In this document: piece by piece, positions 1-11,622 of the stretch
Position numbering within the stretch: the first letter of the stretch is position 1
Layout: every line of letters starts with the position of its first letter
Assembly (NCBI GenBank): GCA_041497195.1
Contig: JBGQGB010000001.1
Location: 73,904 to 137,903, forward strand
Direction: 5' to 3'
DNA from: Candidatus Doudnabacteria bacterium
GTDB lineage: Bacteria > Patescibacteriota > Doudnabacteria > UBA920 > 2-01-FULL-46-14
Length of the DNA stretch: 64,000 nt
Translations under genes and position numbers: made by a program
Notes under the pieces: generated by a model
Seen by the model: the letters and a program-made list of their open reading frames with translations, nothing else
The model's database searches: none
What the model was told of the DNA's origin: nothing

Positions 1-1645
<1,645 letters not shown>

Positions 1646-1649
<4 letters not shown>

Positions 1650-2197
1650 AGGGTCATTATTTCCTTTTCTTTAGCCTCAGCCAGCTCTTTGATTTTTTTG
1701 TTATAATCCTCTACTGTTTCCTGCAACTTATTGTGCAACCGAAATTTGTCATCCTCGGAGATGACCTTGGCCTCTTCCTGTTTTTTGATTTCTTTCATCA
1801 AGTCTTCGCGCATGCTGCGAAGTTTTATCCGGGCTTCTTCCGCAATCCGGCCGGCTATTTTAGCGAGTTCCCGGCGGCGTTCCTCGGTCAATTCCGGAAT
1901 CGTCACCCGGATTTTGTCACCTTCGTTAGTAGGATTGAAACCCAAATCAGAATCCCTGATCGCTTTCTCCACGGGGGCGAGTGCGTTTTTGTCCCAAGGG
2001 GTGACCAGAAGCTGTCGCGGCTCGGGCACGGATATGCTTGCCAACTGCTTTACAGTCATCGCCGTATTGTAATAATTTACTTTCAAATCCTCAACCATTG
2101 CCGGGTTGGCTCGCGATGTCCGTAATTTCTGAAATTCCTTTTGTAAATTATCCAATATTTTATCAAATTCGTCTTTTTTTTCAGCAATCAGGTCCAT
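1646..2197 (-). CDS. frr: Ribosome recycling factor
   Basis: 183 aa, typical RRF length and charged coiled-coil composition. 4-nt overlap with rseP. Confidence 0.85.
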
Positions 2198-2205
2198 AAT
2201 CTGTT

Positions 2206-3234
2206 TTATTTAAGTCCGACGTAGATGCGGTTTGGTTCTGCCGAATCAATACTGATGACGCTGATGATCTGGTTCGTGGGCAAACTGACGGTGCGCCAAG
2301 TCGCCCCGAAATCATCGCTGCGATAAACGGTTGATCGGATGGCAGCAAAAATCTGTCGTGGGTTTTGTGGATTTATAGCTACCGCTGAAACATCGTTCGC
2401 CTCAGGTGTAGCCGGCAGCAAAAGTTGGACCCAAGTTGCCCCGCTATCCGAACTCTTGAACAGCCCTTTGTCGGTGGCCACATACAAATCCCCCACTGAA
2501 TCCAAAACAAAATCGTTATACTGGCCTGGGCCTGGCTTCACAGTGAGGGGAAAATTGGTCCAGGTTCGCCCTCCGTCCAAGGTCCGACGCAATCCATCAG
2601 TTCTACCCAAAACATACAAAGTATGTCCATCAGCGGTCGTGACCAGTTTGGAAACCCGATCCTTAAAATCAACGACCGAATTCCAATTAGCGCCATAATC
2701 AATGCTCTTGAGTACGGTACCGCTCGACAACCCGACAAAAATCTCGGCTGGGTTTCGCGGATCAAAAACTACCGAGGTTGCGACAGTTTTTCCAGGCGGC
2801 TCACTGTAAATTTGCGTCCACGTCCCGCCGGAATCAGCGCTTTTAAGAAGCACTGACTGACCGCCTCGGGCGCCCGCGGCAAAAATTTCTTTGTTATTAT
2901 CGGGGTTCAAAAATGCGTCGTAACCGGCAAAATTCGGCAAAAGGGCAAACCAAGTGCCAGCGCCATCGTTGCTGGCGTACACGCCGCTGTTTGCGGCCAC
3001 GGCCAAGAGATTTTTGGAATTGGTTCTATCCAGGACTATGCGGAGCACCTGAGCACCCGCCAAATTACTGGTTTTGTTGATCTTATTTGCTTCCTGCCAC
3101 GTCTGGCCGCCGTCTGTGCTCAAAAACACGCCCTTGCTGCCGCTGCCCTGGTTGCCACTGAGATCACCAAACAAAAAATTGCAGGCTTGGGCCGTCAAAA
3201 GTATCGGCAAGAGGACTAGCAAAACTTTTTTCAT
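2206..3234 (-). CDS. Secreted BNR/Asp-box repeat beta-propeller protein
   Basis: N-terminal signal peptide plus seven S-x-D-x-G-x-T-W repeats (STDGGQTW, SNDGAGTW, SADSGGTW, SIDYGANW, TLDGGRTW, SSDSGATW, SDDFGATW). Confidence 0.6.
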   Translation of the reverse strand: MKKVLLVLLPILLTAQACNFLFGDLSGNQGSGSKGVFLSTDGGQTWQEANKINKTSNLAGAQVLRIVLDRTNSKNLLAVAANSGVYASNDGAGTWFALLPNFAGYDAFLNPDNNKEIFAAGARGGQSVLLKSADSGGTWTQIYSEPPGKTVATSVVFDPRNPAEIFVGLSSGTVLKSIDYGANWNSVVDFKDRVSKLVTTADGHTLYVLGRTDGLRRTLDGGRTWTNFPLTVKPGPGQYNDFVLDSVGDLYVATDKGLFKSSDSGATWVQLLLPATPEANDVSAVAINPQNPRQIFAAIRSTVYRSDDFGATWRTVSLPTNQIISVISIDSAEPNRIYVGLK

Positions 3235-3251
3235 TGTCTTTGTATTTAAAA

Positions 3252-4067
3252 TTATGGCAAGAATAGATCGTCCAAAAGCAATTTGGTATTTAGATTGTAA
3301 GAAAGGCCACGAAACGCGGCTAGCAGCTTTTCTCCAAGCCCGCTACCGGCTGGCTCGGCGACTGCAGCCTGCATCGCGATTTTTAAAAAATCGGCAATTT
3401 GTTCGGTTTCCCACGAAGACAGCGTTTGTGCGGTCAACAGACGTCTATGGATAGAACCAGTCCGCAAAATCCCAGCGTACTCTCGAGATAGTTTGTAAAA
3501 GTCCAGAAGCTGCGGATCTTTTTTGAGTCTCTGAGCGAGCCCGATTTTTCCGGCTGCCAGCTCCACTATATTTTTCGATTGTTCAACATCTAGTTCAGTA
3601 TCTTTGATACTTCGCTTGACTTCCTCATCAGCAGCCGCCCCAAAATTTATCCGCCGGACACGAGAAGCGACGGTCGGCAAGAGGCTGTGAAAATTGACAG
3701 AGGTGAGAAATAAAACCGAATGCGCGGGCGGCTCTTCCAAGGTTTTCAAAAGCGCATTCCCGGCTGCTGGTTTCATCCTTTCAGCGTTGGCCACGATCAC
3801 GACCTTATGCCTGCCGATAGGAGTCAGGCTCAAGCGGGCTTGTAATTGGCGGGCTTGCTCGATATCCAAACCTTCCGGCGAGTCAAACAAAAACACATCC
3901 AATATCGGATCCGCTCCTAGATAATCTGCGGCTGCCGAAGCAAACGTCGTCTTACCTATATGCTCGGGCCCTATCAAAGCATAAGCGTGGCCCAATTTAC
4001 CGTTATTGACGGCCTGCTCGAATATTTTTTTTTGTTTGTCGTGGCCGACAACGCTCGAAAAAACCAT
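3252..4067 (-). CDS. holB: DNA polymerase III delta-prime subunit (AAA+ clamp-loader)
   Basis: GHAYALIGPEHIGKTT P-loop, clamp-loader-like box VVIVANAERM, sensor region. Start set at the internal Met (MVFSSVVGHD). The longest ORF reaches 4109 and would overlap the upstream permease. Confidence 0.65.
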   Translation of the reverse strand: MVFSSVVGHDKQKKIFEQAVNNGKLGHAYALIGPEHIGKTTFASAAADYLGADPILDVFLFDSPEGLDIEQARQLQARLSLTPIGRHKVVIVANAERMKPAAGNALLKTLEEPPAHSVLFLTSVNFHSLLPTVASRVRRINFGAAADEEVKRSIKDTELDVEQSKNIVELAAGKIGLAQRLKKDPQLLDFYKLSREYAGILRTGSIHRRLLTAQTLSSWETEQIADFLKIAMQAAVAEPAGSGLGEKLLAAFRGLSYNLNTKLLLDDLFLP

Positions 4068-4087
4068 ACTCAATATTATACCATAAA

Positions 4088-4879
4088 TCAGGTTGGGTGG
4101 ATAAACCACCCGCGTGCTTTAGCGTTGCGAAATCCTCTGACAAATAACCACAACCCAACACACAAATAAACCACATTCAAAAGAAAAATCGTTACCAAAT
4201 CTGCTGGGCTTGAAGGGCGCCCAAACACGATAATCGCCCGTAAACCCTCAAAAATATGGCTGATTGGCAAAAATTCCGCAATTCTTGCCAAAAAAGGTGG
4301 CAGAGTAGATAGTGGATAAAACACCCCGCTAATCGGATAAATAATGAGTATGAGCGACCAGGCGACTGCTTGGGCTTTTGTTCCAAAACGGAAAATCAAA
4401 GATGCGGTGAAATAGCCAAACGCCCAGCTAAACAAAAATATATTGAATATGTAAAAAAAGATTACAGTACCCACCTGGAAAATGCTGAAATGGAACACTC
4501 CCCAAGCGATGGCGAGAATAATCGCAATGATGACGCAAGCTTTAATCACGGAAATGAATAAGGACCCGAGGATGATCTCCGCGAGACGAAGCGGAGTAGA
4601 ATACAAATTGTACAAATTCCTACTCCACGCGTCGTCCAACACCGAAAAAGACATGTCCCGCTGAATATTATAAATCATCGTCCATAAAATGATTGCTCCA
4701 AGGATCGCGCCCGCGACGCCCGCCTGAACGTTCAGCTTGTTTATGTACACGGTCAAAAAACCGAACGTCAAAATATCAATCACCGGAAAAAAGAAAATAT
4801 CGGCCTTGCGGTCGAGACTCGCCCTGATTTCGTACAAATGCCGGAGCATATAAGCTCTGATGCGATGAAATTCGATCAT
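4088..4879 (-). CDS. ABC-2 type transporter permease
   Basis: Six predicted TM helices. Immediately downstream of the ABC ATPase with a 4-nt overlap. Confidence 0.6.
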   Translation of the reverse strand: MIEFHRIRAYMLRHLYEIRASLDRKADIFFFPVIDILTFGFLTVYINKLNVQAGVAGAILGAIILWTMIYNIQRDMSFSVLDDAWSRNLYNLYSTPLRLAEIILGSLFISVIKACVIIAIILAIAWGVFHFSIFQVGTVIFFYIFNIFLFSWAFGYFTASLIFRFGTKAQAVAWSLILIIYPISGVFYPLSTLPPFLARIAEFLPISHIFEGLRAIIVFGRPSSPADLVTIFLLNVVYLCVGLWLFVRGFRNAKARGWFIHPT

Positions 4880-5625
4880 TCTTCCACTTCTCCCCTGGCC
4901 AATTTAATAAAAACCTCTTCCATACTGGGCACGCGCAGAAACTTTTGTAAATTTTCTGGGCTGTCAATGCGATAAATCTGACCTTTGTCCAATAGGGCGA
5001 CTCGGTTGCACATCTGCTCGACCTCAGGCATGTTGTGCGAAGTCATCAAAATTGTCATTTGTCGTCTCTTCTGCAAATCGCGCAGGGTTTCGCGGACGAT
5101 TGCGGCAATAGATGGATCGAGGCTGGCGGTCGGTTCGTCCAAGAGCAGCAGCTCCGGATCGTTAATCAAGCTTTTGCAGAGATTGACTCTGGTCTTTTGA
5201 CCCGCGGAAAGTTCATCAAATCTTTCATTCCGCAAATGACTGATATCGAACTGCTCCAGTAGTTGTTCGATCTTTTTCTCATAATCAGCGACGCCGTACA
5301 TTAGCCCAAATATTTTCAAATTTTGATAGACGCTAAGGTTACTAGCCAAATCAGCGTAAGCAGTCGCGATATTCATCCGCGCTTTGATTTCTGATTCGTG
5401 AGCAAAAAAATTCTGCCCGAAAATTTTCACTTCCCCAGAGGTTGCCGTCAGTAGACCCATCAAAATATTGAGGGTGGTCGACTTGCCCGCTCCATTAACG
5501 CCCAAAATTCCGAAGATCTCCCCTTTCGCAACGGCAAAACTGATCCCCCGGAGCGCGACCACGGGATTTTTCTTCGCACTATAGACTTTCTCCAAATTTT
5601 TTACTTCGAGGATTGTTTCAGCCAT
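4876..5625 (-). CDS. ABC transporter ATP-binding protein
   Basis: Walker A GVNGAGKST, signature LSAGQKTRV, Walker B LLLLDEPTASLD. Start set at MAETILEVKNL. The long ORF extends to 5700. Confidence 0.85.
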   Translation of the reverse strand: MAETILEVKNLEKVYSAKKNPVVALRGISFAVAKGEIFGILGVNGAGKSTTLNILMGLLTATSGEVKIFGQNFFAHESEIKARMNIATAYADLASNLSVYQNLKIFGLMYGVADYEKKIEQLLEQFDISHLRNERFDELSAGQKTRVNLCKSLINDPELLLLDEPTASLDPSIAAIVRETLRDLQKRRQMTILMTSHNMPEVEQMCNRVALLDKGQIYRIDSPENLQKFLRVPSMEEVFIKLARGEVEE

Positions 5626-6322
5626 AAAGACGAAAATATTCGTACTTGAGCCACTCTTTGCCCAATTTTCCCGGCAGGCTATCAAAAATAGCACCTTCAT
5701 CCAATTGGGAGACGTGAAACCGGATCGTTTTTGCTTTAGTTGTGGAATTTATTTTAATTTTGAGATTTGGTTGCGCGTGGCGAATTTTATCCAGGGCGAT
5801 ATATTTCCCATATTTCCGGCGTTCACCCAAAAAACCTGGTGCTTTGGCCGCAATTTCCGGCGGGACGCAAAAACAACAAAATGGCACTTTTAATTTTTTC
5901 GCTACTTGGGCCGCAACCAAGCTGACAGCGATGTGATCCAAATGCCCCGAAATACCGTCTTTGTCAAAACTAAAAATGACGTCAGGACGATAGTTCCTGG
6001 CTATGCGTAGCAATTTCCCGAATAACTGCGCCTTGAACTTGTTTACCGACCCATCAGGCAAGCCAAGCAAATGCAGTTTTTTTACGTGTAGAAATTTAGC
6101 CGCTCTCTCAAGCTCTTTCCGCCGCAATGCCTTGACCTGCCGGACTGACAAGGGTCGCAGCAAATGTGAAGTCCCCCGCTCGCCCAAAGTGGCGCAGACT
6201 ATTACCGAGCTCCCGCCTGCCAAATAATTTTTGTACACTGTCCCCGCTGCGGCAAAACTTTCATCGTCCGGATGAGCAGTCAGAAACAAAAACTTTTTGC
6301 CGAAAATACTTTGTGCGTTCAT
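5618..6322 (-). CDS. PIG-L / LmbE family N-acetylglucosaminyl deacetylase
   Basis: AHPDDE motif near the N-terminus, later HxDH (GHLDHIAVS). Typical LmbE length. Confidence 0.75.
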   Translation of the reverse strand: MNAQSIFGKKFLFLTAHPDDESFAAAGTVYKNYLAGGSSVIVCATLGERGTSHLLRPLSVRQVKALRRKELERAAKFLHVKKLHLLGLPDGSVNKFKAQLFGKLLRIARNYRPDVIFSFDKDGISGHLDHIAVSLVAAQVAKKLKVPFCCFCVPPEIAAKAPGFLGERRKYGKYIALDKIRHAQPNLKIKINSTTKAKTIRFHVSQLDEGAIFDSLPGKLGKEWLKYEYFRLYG

Positions 6323-6325
6323 ATC

Positions 6326-7468
6326 TTAGGAGTTCAAAATGACATCTACCGTTTTCTTGGCAGTCTCGCTCCAATCAAACCTTCTGATATTCTCAAATCC
6401 CGCCTCTATTTTTTCTTTGCGGATCGCCTCATCGCTCCAAAGACTTTTGATAGCTTTGCTAATTTCCCACTCAGACCCTGGATCAACTATCAAAGAGCCG
6501 CGTCCTGCTATCTCTGGATTGCTTGCCGTATTGGACGTGATGACAGTGGTACCGCATGCCTGGGCTTCAATAATCGGTAAACCGAAACCTTCATAAAACG
6601 TCGGAAACAAAAAAATTCTTGCTCCAGAATATAGTGCTGCTTTGTCCAATTCTGGCACATATCCCAAAAATTTGATTCGGCTTTTCAAGTCTGGCTTGTC
6701 GGTCAAATATTGCTCCACATCAGAAATGCGCACTATGCGGCCAGCTAGAACGAGCGGTTGTTGAATCTGCGACTGCTCATAACCTTTTATAATTCCCAAA
6801 ATATTTTTCTTTGGCTCCAATCGCCCCACGAACAAAAGGTATTCTCTTGCCAGTAGACCATATTTTACCAAAGCCGAGGTTAACTCTTGGCTATCTGAAA
6901 CCTTGAATCTATTCTTATCAAACCCCAAATGAGTGACGGTAATCCTATCTTCCGGATAACCAAAAACTTCTGCGATGCGTTTTTTACTAAATTCGGACAC
7001 TGTAAACATATGAGCAGCGCTACGAGCTGCCAGCTTGGCCGCAAAATGGTGATACCACCGCGATAGACTATCATACAGCTCTGGATAATCTTCAAACCCG
7101 ATATCATGTAGGGTCGTCAGGGTTTTTTGCGGGTGGATCAAGGGAATCGTATGAGCCGGGCAGAACAAAACGTCCGGCGGGTGCAAAAGCATTTCCCAGG
7201 AAAGCCGCAGTTGCCCCCAAAAATACCGAAGCGGCCACCGCAAAATCTTTACTTCCCAGCCCGAGGCTGGTCCGCCTTGGGCGGAGAAATTTTTCGGCAG
7301 ACCCTCTGCCAAATCCTTTTCAAGGGGACCGCGCACGTATAAACGGACTTGAACGTCTTTTCGACCGGCCAATAGTTTCTTGAATTCTTGAATCAAATTG
7401 AAAGCATACCACTCTGTCCCGCTTCTGACCTTCCGATTCGCCTGAGATGCATCAATACCTAAGATCAT
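6326..7468 (-). CDS. GT4-family (GT-B) glycosyltransferase
   Basis: C-terminal EGFGLPIIEAQACGTTVI motif (the EX7E region of retaining GT4 enzymes). Confidence 0.8.
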   Translation of the reverse strand: MILGIDASQANRKVRSGTEWYAFNLIQEFKKLLAGRKDVQVRLYVRGPLEKDLAEGLPKNFSAQGGPASGWEVKILRWPLRYFWGQLRLSWEMLLHPPDVLFCPAHTIPLIHPQKTLTTLHDIGFEDYPELYDSLSRWYHHFAAKLAARSAAHMFTVSEFSKKRIAEVFGYPEDRITVTHLGFDKNRFKVSDSQELTSALVKYGLLAREYLLFVGRLEPKKNILGIIKGYEQSQIQQPLVLAGRIVRISDVEQYLTDKPDLKSRIKFLGYVPELDKAALYSGARIFLFPTFYEGFGLPIIEAQACGTTVITSNTASNPEIAGRGSLIVDPGSEWEISKAIKSLWSDEAIRKEKIEAGFENIRRFDWSETAKKTVDVILNS

Positions 7469-7669
7469 AGTGACAAAAATAGTTGCGATGCTGCTTTAGA
7501 TTTAACCACTACCGATCCGACTCTCACCCCGTAGTTATGCCAGAGGCATATACTACCGGGGTCAATGTCTAATACCATATAATCAATTATACTTATTTCT
7601 ACATAAATAAAGAAGGTGCATCCGGTCAATCTGAATGCACCCTCAAAAAATCCCGCTTTGGTTCACAGC

Positions 7670-7876
7670 TCATTTGAGCTCGTCGTCAGGGTCCCAGGAT
7701 GGCGACTGCTTCATTGCCATCGTCTGCATCACAGCGCAAACTTGCCTACAGTCTGCGCAAGCCTCGAGATGAGCACTGAGTTCTTTCTCAATCACTGGAT
7801 CAAGTGACCGATCGCGTTGCGATGAAACGAGCAAGTCAGCGTGGGCCTTTCTTGCTTCTCCACAATTCATATCCAT
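7670..7876 (-). CDS. Small stand-alone zf-HC2 (ZAS-type anti-sigma-like) zinc-finger protein
   Basis: MDMNCGEARKAHADLL...ELSAHLEACADCRQ, i.e. an HxxxCxxC ZAS signature. AAGGAGG Shine-Dalgarno 5 nt upstream of the ATG at 7876. The longer ORF starting at 7981 would overlap mreB, so I use the shorter start. Confidence 0.4.
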   Translation of the reverse strand: MDMNCGEARKAHADLLVSSQRDRSLDPVIEKELSAHLEACADCRQVCAVMQTMAMKQSPSWDPDDELK

Positions 7877-7905
7877 CCTCCTTTTGGAAATCGATGCTTC
7901 TCTTC

Positions 7906-8919
7906 CTACTTCGCGGCCAGGATACTTCTCTTGTAAGCTTCTAAGTTCTCCAGCGCCACTCCGGTGCCTTTCGCCACGCATAGTTCAGGCTGATCAGCCA
8001 CATAGCACGGCACGCCAGTGGCTTGCGCGAGGAGCCGGTCAATGTTACGCAAATTCGCGCCCCCGCCCGTAAGCACCATGCCTTTATCGATGACATCAGA
8101 GCTTAATTCGGGAGGGGTTTCCTGCAGCACTGAGCGGACCGCTTGAACGATCTCCCGCAACGGTTCCTGAATCGCCTCCACCACTTCATTGGTTTTTACT
8201 CGAATGGTTTTCGGCAAACCCTGCACTAGATCCCGCCCGCGGATTTCCATTTCCATCTCATCCTCCAAGGGCAGCGCTGACCCAACCTCTATCTTGATCT
8301 CCTCGGCCGAACGATCGCCGATGGCGAGCCCGTGTTTCTTGCGAATGTAGTCCGCGATGGCAGCGTCCATTTTGTTGCCTGCTACGCGCACAGAAGTGGA
8401 CGTGACAATGCCGCCTAGGGACAAAACTGCAATATCAGTGGTGCCACCCCCAATATCGATGACTAGATTGCCGGACGGAGTGCTGATGTCAATGCCAGCT
8501 CCAATCGCCGCGGCCACAGTCTCCTTGATCACATACGCAGCCTTGGCGCCCACGCCCTGGGCCGCGTCTACCACGGCTCGTTTCTCCGTGGAAGTGATTC
8601 CCCCCGGCACTGAAATCAAGACCTCTGGCCGCAAAAACCAAATATTGCCTATCGCTTTGGTGATGAAATATTTCAGCATGGCTTCGGTCACCCGATAATC
8701 CGCGATCACCCCGTCCTTCATGGGGCGATGTGCCACGATTGTTTCCGGGGTCCGGCCGAGCATTTCCTTGGCCTCAGCACCCACAGCCAAGACTTTGTTG
8801 TCCTCGACGCTGATGGCGACCACAGTCGGCTCGTTGATGACTATCCCTTTGCCCGGCACGAATACCAGGGTATTGGCAGTCCCCAAATCAATTCCAACTT
8901 TTTTTACAAACCACGGCAT
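7906..8919 (-). CDS. mreB: Rod shape-determining protein MreB
   Basis: [11 protein letters not shown] phosphate-1 motif, actin-fold motifs, 337 aa. Confidence 0.9.
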   Translation of the reverse strand: MPWFVKKVGIDLGTANTLVFVPGKGIVINEPTVVAISVEDNKVLAVGAEAKEMLGRTPETIVAHRPMKDGVIADYRVTEAMLKYFITKAIGNIWFLRPEVLISVPGGITSTEKRAVVDAAQGVGAKAAYVIKETVAAAIGAGIDISTPSGNLVIDIGGGTTDIAVLSLGGIVTSTSVRVAGNKMDAAIADYIRKKHGLAIGDRSAEEIKIEVGSALPLEDEMEMEIRGRDLVQGLPKTIRVKTNEVVEAIQEPLREIVQAVRSVLQETPPELSSDVIDKGMVLTGGGANLRNIDRLLAQATGVPCYVADQPELCVAKGTGVALENLEAYKRSILAAK

Positions 8920-8973
8920 TTCGTATTTGTTCCAAATCTTGCCGCTTTCGCAAAAGCAAGATATTAATTTAGA

Positions 8974-10230
8974 TTATTCGACTCTTTGAATATTCGCGCC
9001 CAAGCTTCTGAACCGTTCATCCAAGCGCTCATAACCTCGATCAATTATCTCTGCATTATAGAGAATCGTCCGGCCCTTGGCAACCAGCGCCGCAATCAAA
9101 ATTGACGCACCGGCGCGGATATCCGGCGTCATGATTTCAGCGCCACGCAGCTCCGTGGGACCGAAAATTCGGGCGCGGTGCACATCCTCAAATTCCACCT
9201 TGGCGCCCATATCACAAAGCGCTTTCAAATAACCCTGGCGCCCCTCGTATATCCAGTCATGAATGCTCGTCTCCCCTGAGCTTTGAGTCGCGAGTACTCC
9301 CAAGAGCGGCTGTTCATCAGTCAGTAACTGAGGAAAAACTCCGGTAATGATTCTGGTGGCCTGGTAGGACCCGGCGGGAGGAAAAATTTTTATCTCGCTG
9401 CTTTCTGCGGTAAAATTGACTCCCATTTTTTCCAGGGCATTGAGCGGCGCATCCAAATTTTTCAAATCCACACCAGTAATTGTCGCCTCACCTCTAGTTA
9501 CTGCCGTCGCTACGCAAAAAGTGACTGCATCGATTTCGTCCGCGCACAGGGTGAAATTTGTCCCCACCAGCCTTTCCACTCCGGTAATGCGCAGCGTTGT
9601 CGTCCCCAACCCTTCAATCTTGGCGCCCATCTGTATGAGCGCACGGCAGAGGTCAAGGACGTGAGGTTCTGTGGCGGCCAGTCTTATTTCCGTCACACCG
9701 CGGGCCTTGATACTCGCCAAAACCAGATTTTCCGTCCCGGTCACCGAGGTTACCCCGAGCACAATTTTGGTGCCAGTCAAACTTGCAGCGCTGATTTCAA
9801 TCCCGCCTGCTTGCTCCACAACCTGGGCACCGAGCTTGCGGAATCCGTCGAGATGGACGTCGATCGGCCGTGCCCCGATGGCGTCCCCGCCGGGGAAAGG
9901 GAGACTGACCTCGCCGAACCTGGCCAAAAGAGGACCGGCAAACAAAATCGAGCCGCGCATGTTGCCGACCAAGCTTGTCGAAAGTTTTTGATTCTTCAAA
10001 TCGCGGGTGTCGATGTCAATACAGTGGTTGGCAAATTTTACTTCAGCCCCCATAACTTCCAAAACATGCAAAAAGTTGCGCACGTCACTGATGTCCGGAA
10101 CGTTCTGAATGCGGGACGGGCCCTCTGCCAGAATAGTAGCCGCGATGACTGGAAAAGCGGCGTTTTTGGAACCCTGAATCCGGACGGAACCCTGGAGCCT
10201 ATTTCCGCCTTCAATTACAAATTTGCTCAT
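8974..10230 (-). CDS. murA: UDP-N-acetylglucosamine 1-carboxyvinyltransferase
   Basis: MSKFVIEGGNRLQGSVRIQGSKNAA N-terminus, and the catalytic C (MurA Cys115 equivalent) in GNMRGSILFAGPL-like region (motifs LCADEIDAVTF / KALCDMGAK). Start set at MSKF (internal Met of the longer ORF). Confidence 0.9.
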   Translation of the reverse strand: MSKFVIEGGNRLQGSVRIQGSKNAAFPVIAATILAEGPSRIQNVPDISDVRNFLHVLEVMGAEVKFANHCIDIDTRDLKNQKLSTSLVGNMRGSILFAGPLLARFGEVSLPFPGGDAIGARPIDVHLDGFRKLGAQVVEQAGGIEISAASLTGTKIVLGVTSVTGTENLVLASIKARGVTEIRLAATEPHVLDLCRALIQMGAKIEGLGTTTLRITGVERLVGTNFTLCADEIDAVTFCVATAVTRGEATITGVDLKNLDAPLNALEKMGVNFTAESSEIKIFPPAGSYQATRIITGVFPQLLTDEQPLLGVLATQSSGETSIHDWIYEGRQGYLKALCDMGAKVEFEDVHRARIFGPTELRGAEIMTPDIRAGASILIAALVAKGRTILYNAEIIDRGYERLDERFRSLGANIQRVE

Positions 10231-10313
10231 TTCTTCGGGATTAGTTTTGCAAACCATCAAAATCCACAAACTATGCAAATTATAGCATTTTCTGGTAAAC
10301 TTATGGAGCAGCT

Positions 10314-11618
10314 ATGACAGTCAAAAAACGCGCCGCACTCATCATCTGCGGCATTATTATTTTCTCGCTGGCCGCCCCTGCAGCCATTTTTTTTGCAAGA
10401 GGCTACTATTTTGATTTTAGTACCCGCCGCATCGTTCAGACCGGCACACTTGCTGTCAAGACCGATCCGCGCGGAGCATCCGTTTCGCTCAACGGGGCAA
10501 AGCTCAAAGATGCGACACCCATCGCAGTACGTTTCTTGACACCCGGGGAATATGAACTCACTATCCAAAAACAGGGTTACCAATCCTGGAAAAAAACCGT
10601 AAATATCCGCGGCCGGTTCGTGACCTACGTGCCATCCGGAGACCGCGGAAAAATTTTTCTGCTTACAGACGCGCCTCAAGCGGCAACACTAGCCACGAAC
10701 ACTCGCGAAGTCCTGATGAAGGATGGCGGTGTTTTCGCTCTGGCCGAAAATAAAATTTACGAATATGACCCGGCAAACGGCTCGCACACGCTTTTAACCG
10801 CGACCTCAACTCTGGCGACGGCGCAAAATCTATTCGATGAAAAACCAGACCAGTCTGGCTCACCAACCTTTTTGATTGGAGACAAGGACCACCTAGAATA
10901 TCTCGATTCGACGAAAATTTTGGATCTTTCAGCCAATTTTAGCAAAGCCCAGTTTTGGGTAGGCAATAGTGTCCTCATTCTCACGGGAAAAAAACAACTC
11001 GAGCAATTTGACCTGGCAACCGGGCAAACCCAAATAATCGGACAAAACGTTTTGGATTTCACAGTGCAAGTTGATAGTCTTGGTTATCTGGCGCGCTCAG
11101 CGCAAAACTCAAACAATGTCGAACTGCTCCAACTCTCCTCCAATGGCCAGACAAAAACCGTGATTGCCAATTTGCCCCATTTCTCGCAAAGCCAGATTAT
11201 CAGGGCTCCAACCGGACAATTATTTCTCCTTCTGGATAAAGATTTGTACCAAGTCGGCGACAATTTGAACAAGATTAACAGCCAGGTCACGTACGTCAGG
11301 TGGGACAGCGAACTGCCTGGGCTAGTCTACGGCAATTTCCACGAAGCGTGGATCTACTCCACAGATAAAATCGAAAATCAACTCGTCACTCGAAGTTCAG
11401 AAAATTTGGGCCCTGCTTGGTACACCAAAAAAACCGGCTACGTCTTTGTCGTCGTCGGGCAAACCCTGGATGCGATCGAAGTCGACCCCGCAGGACAGTC
11501 AAACGTTTACCCACTGGCAAAAGTCCAAAACTCTGATACGCAATTCAGTGTCAGTTCAGCCGGTGATACTATAATCTACCTTGATGGTGTGAATCTAAAA
11601 AGTTTAAAAATCCGATAA
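10314..11618 (+). CDS. Membrane-anchored PEGA-domain protein
   Basis: N-terminal TM helix, then a PEGA-like segment (LTPGEYELTIQKQGYQSWKKTV), then a long predicted beta-rich extracytoplasmic region. Divergent from murA. Confidence 0.5.
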   Translation: MTVKKRAALIICGIIIFSLAAPAAIFFARGYYFDFSTRRIVQTGTLAVKTDPRGASVSLNGAKLKDATPIAVRFLTPGEYELTIQKQGYQSWKKTVNIRGRFVTYVPSGDRGKIFLLTDAPQAATLATNTREVLMKDGGVFALAENKIYEYDPANGSHTLLTATSTLATAQNLFDEKPDQSGSPTFLIGDKDHLEYLDSTKILDLSANFSKAQFWVGNSVLILTGKKQLEQFDLATGQTQIIGQNVLDFTVQVDSLGYLARSAQNSNNVELLQLSSNGQTKTVIANLPHFSQSQIIRAPTGQLFLLLDKDLYQVGDNLNKINSQVTYVRWDSELPGLVYGNFHEAWIYSTDKIENQLVTRSSENLGPAWYTKKTGYVFVVVGQTLDAIEVDPAGQSNVYPLAKVQNSDTQFSVSSAGDTIIYLDGVNLKSLKIR

Positions 11619-11622
11619 TACC

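Noticed and set aside
9661-10317. 218-aa plus-strand ORF
   Set aside because: It sits entirely inside murA on the opposite strand and has no motifs.
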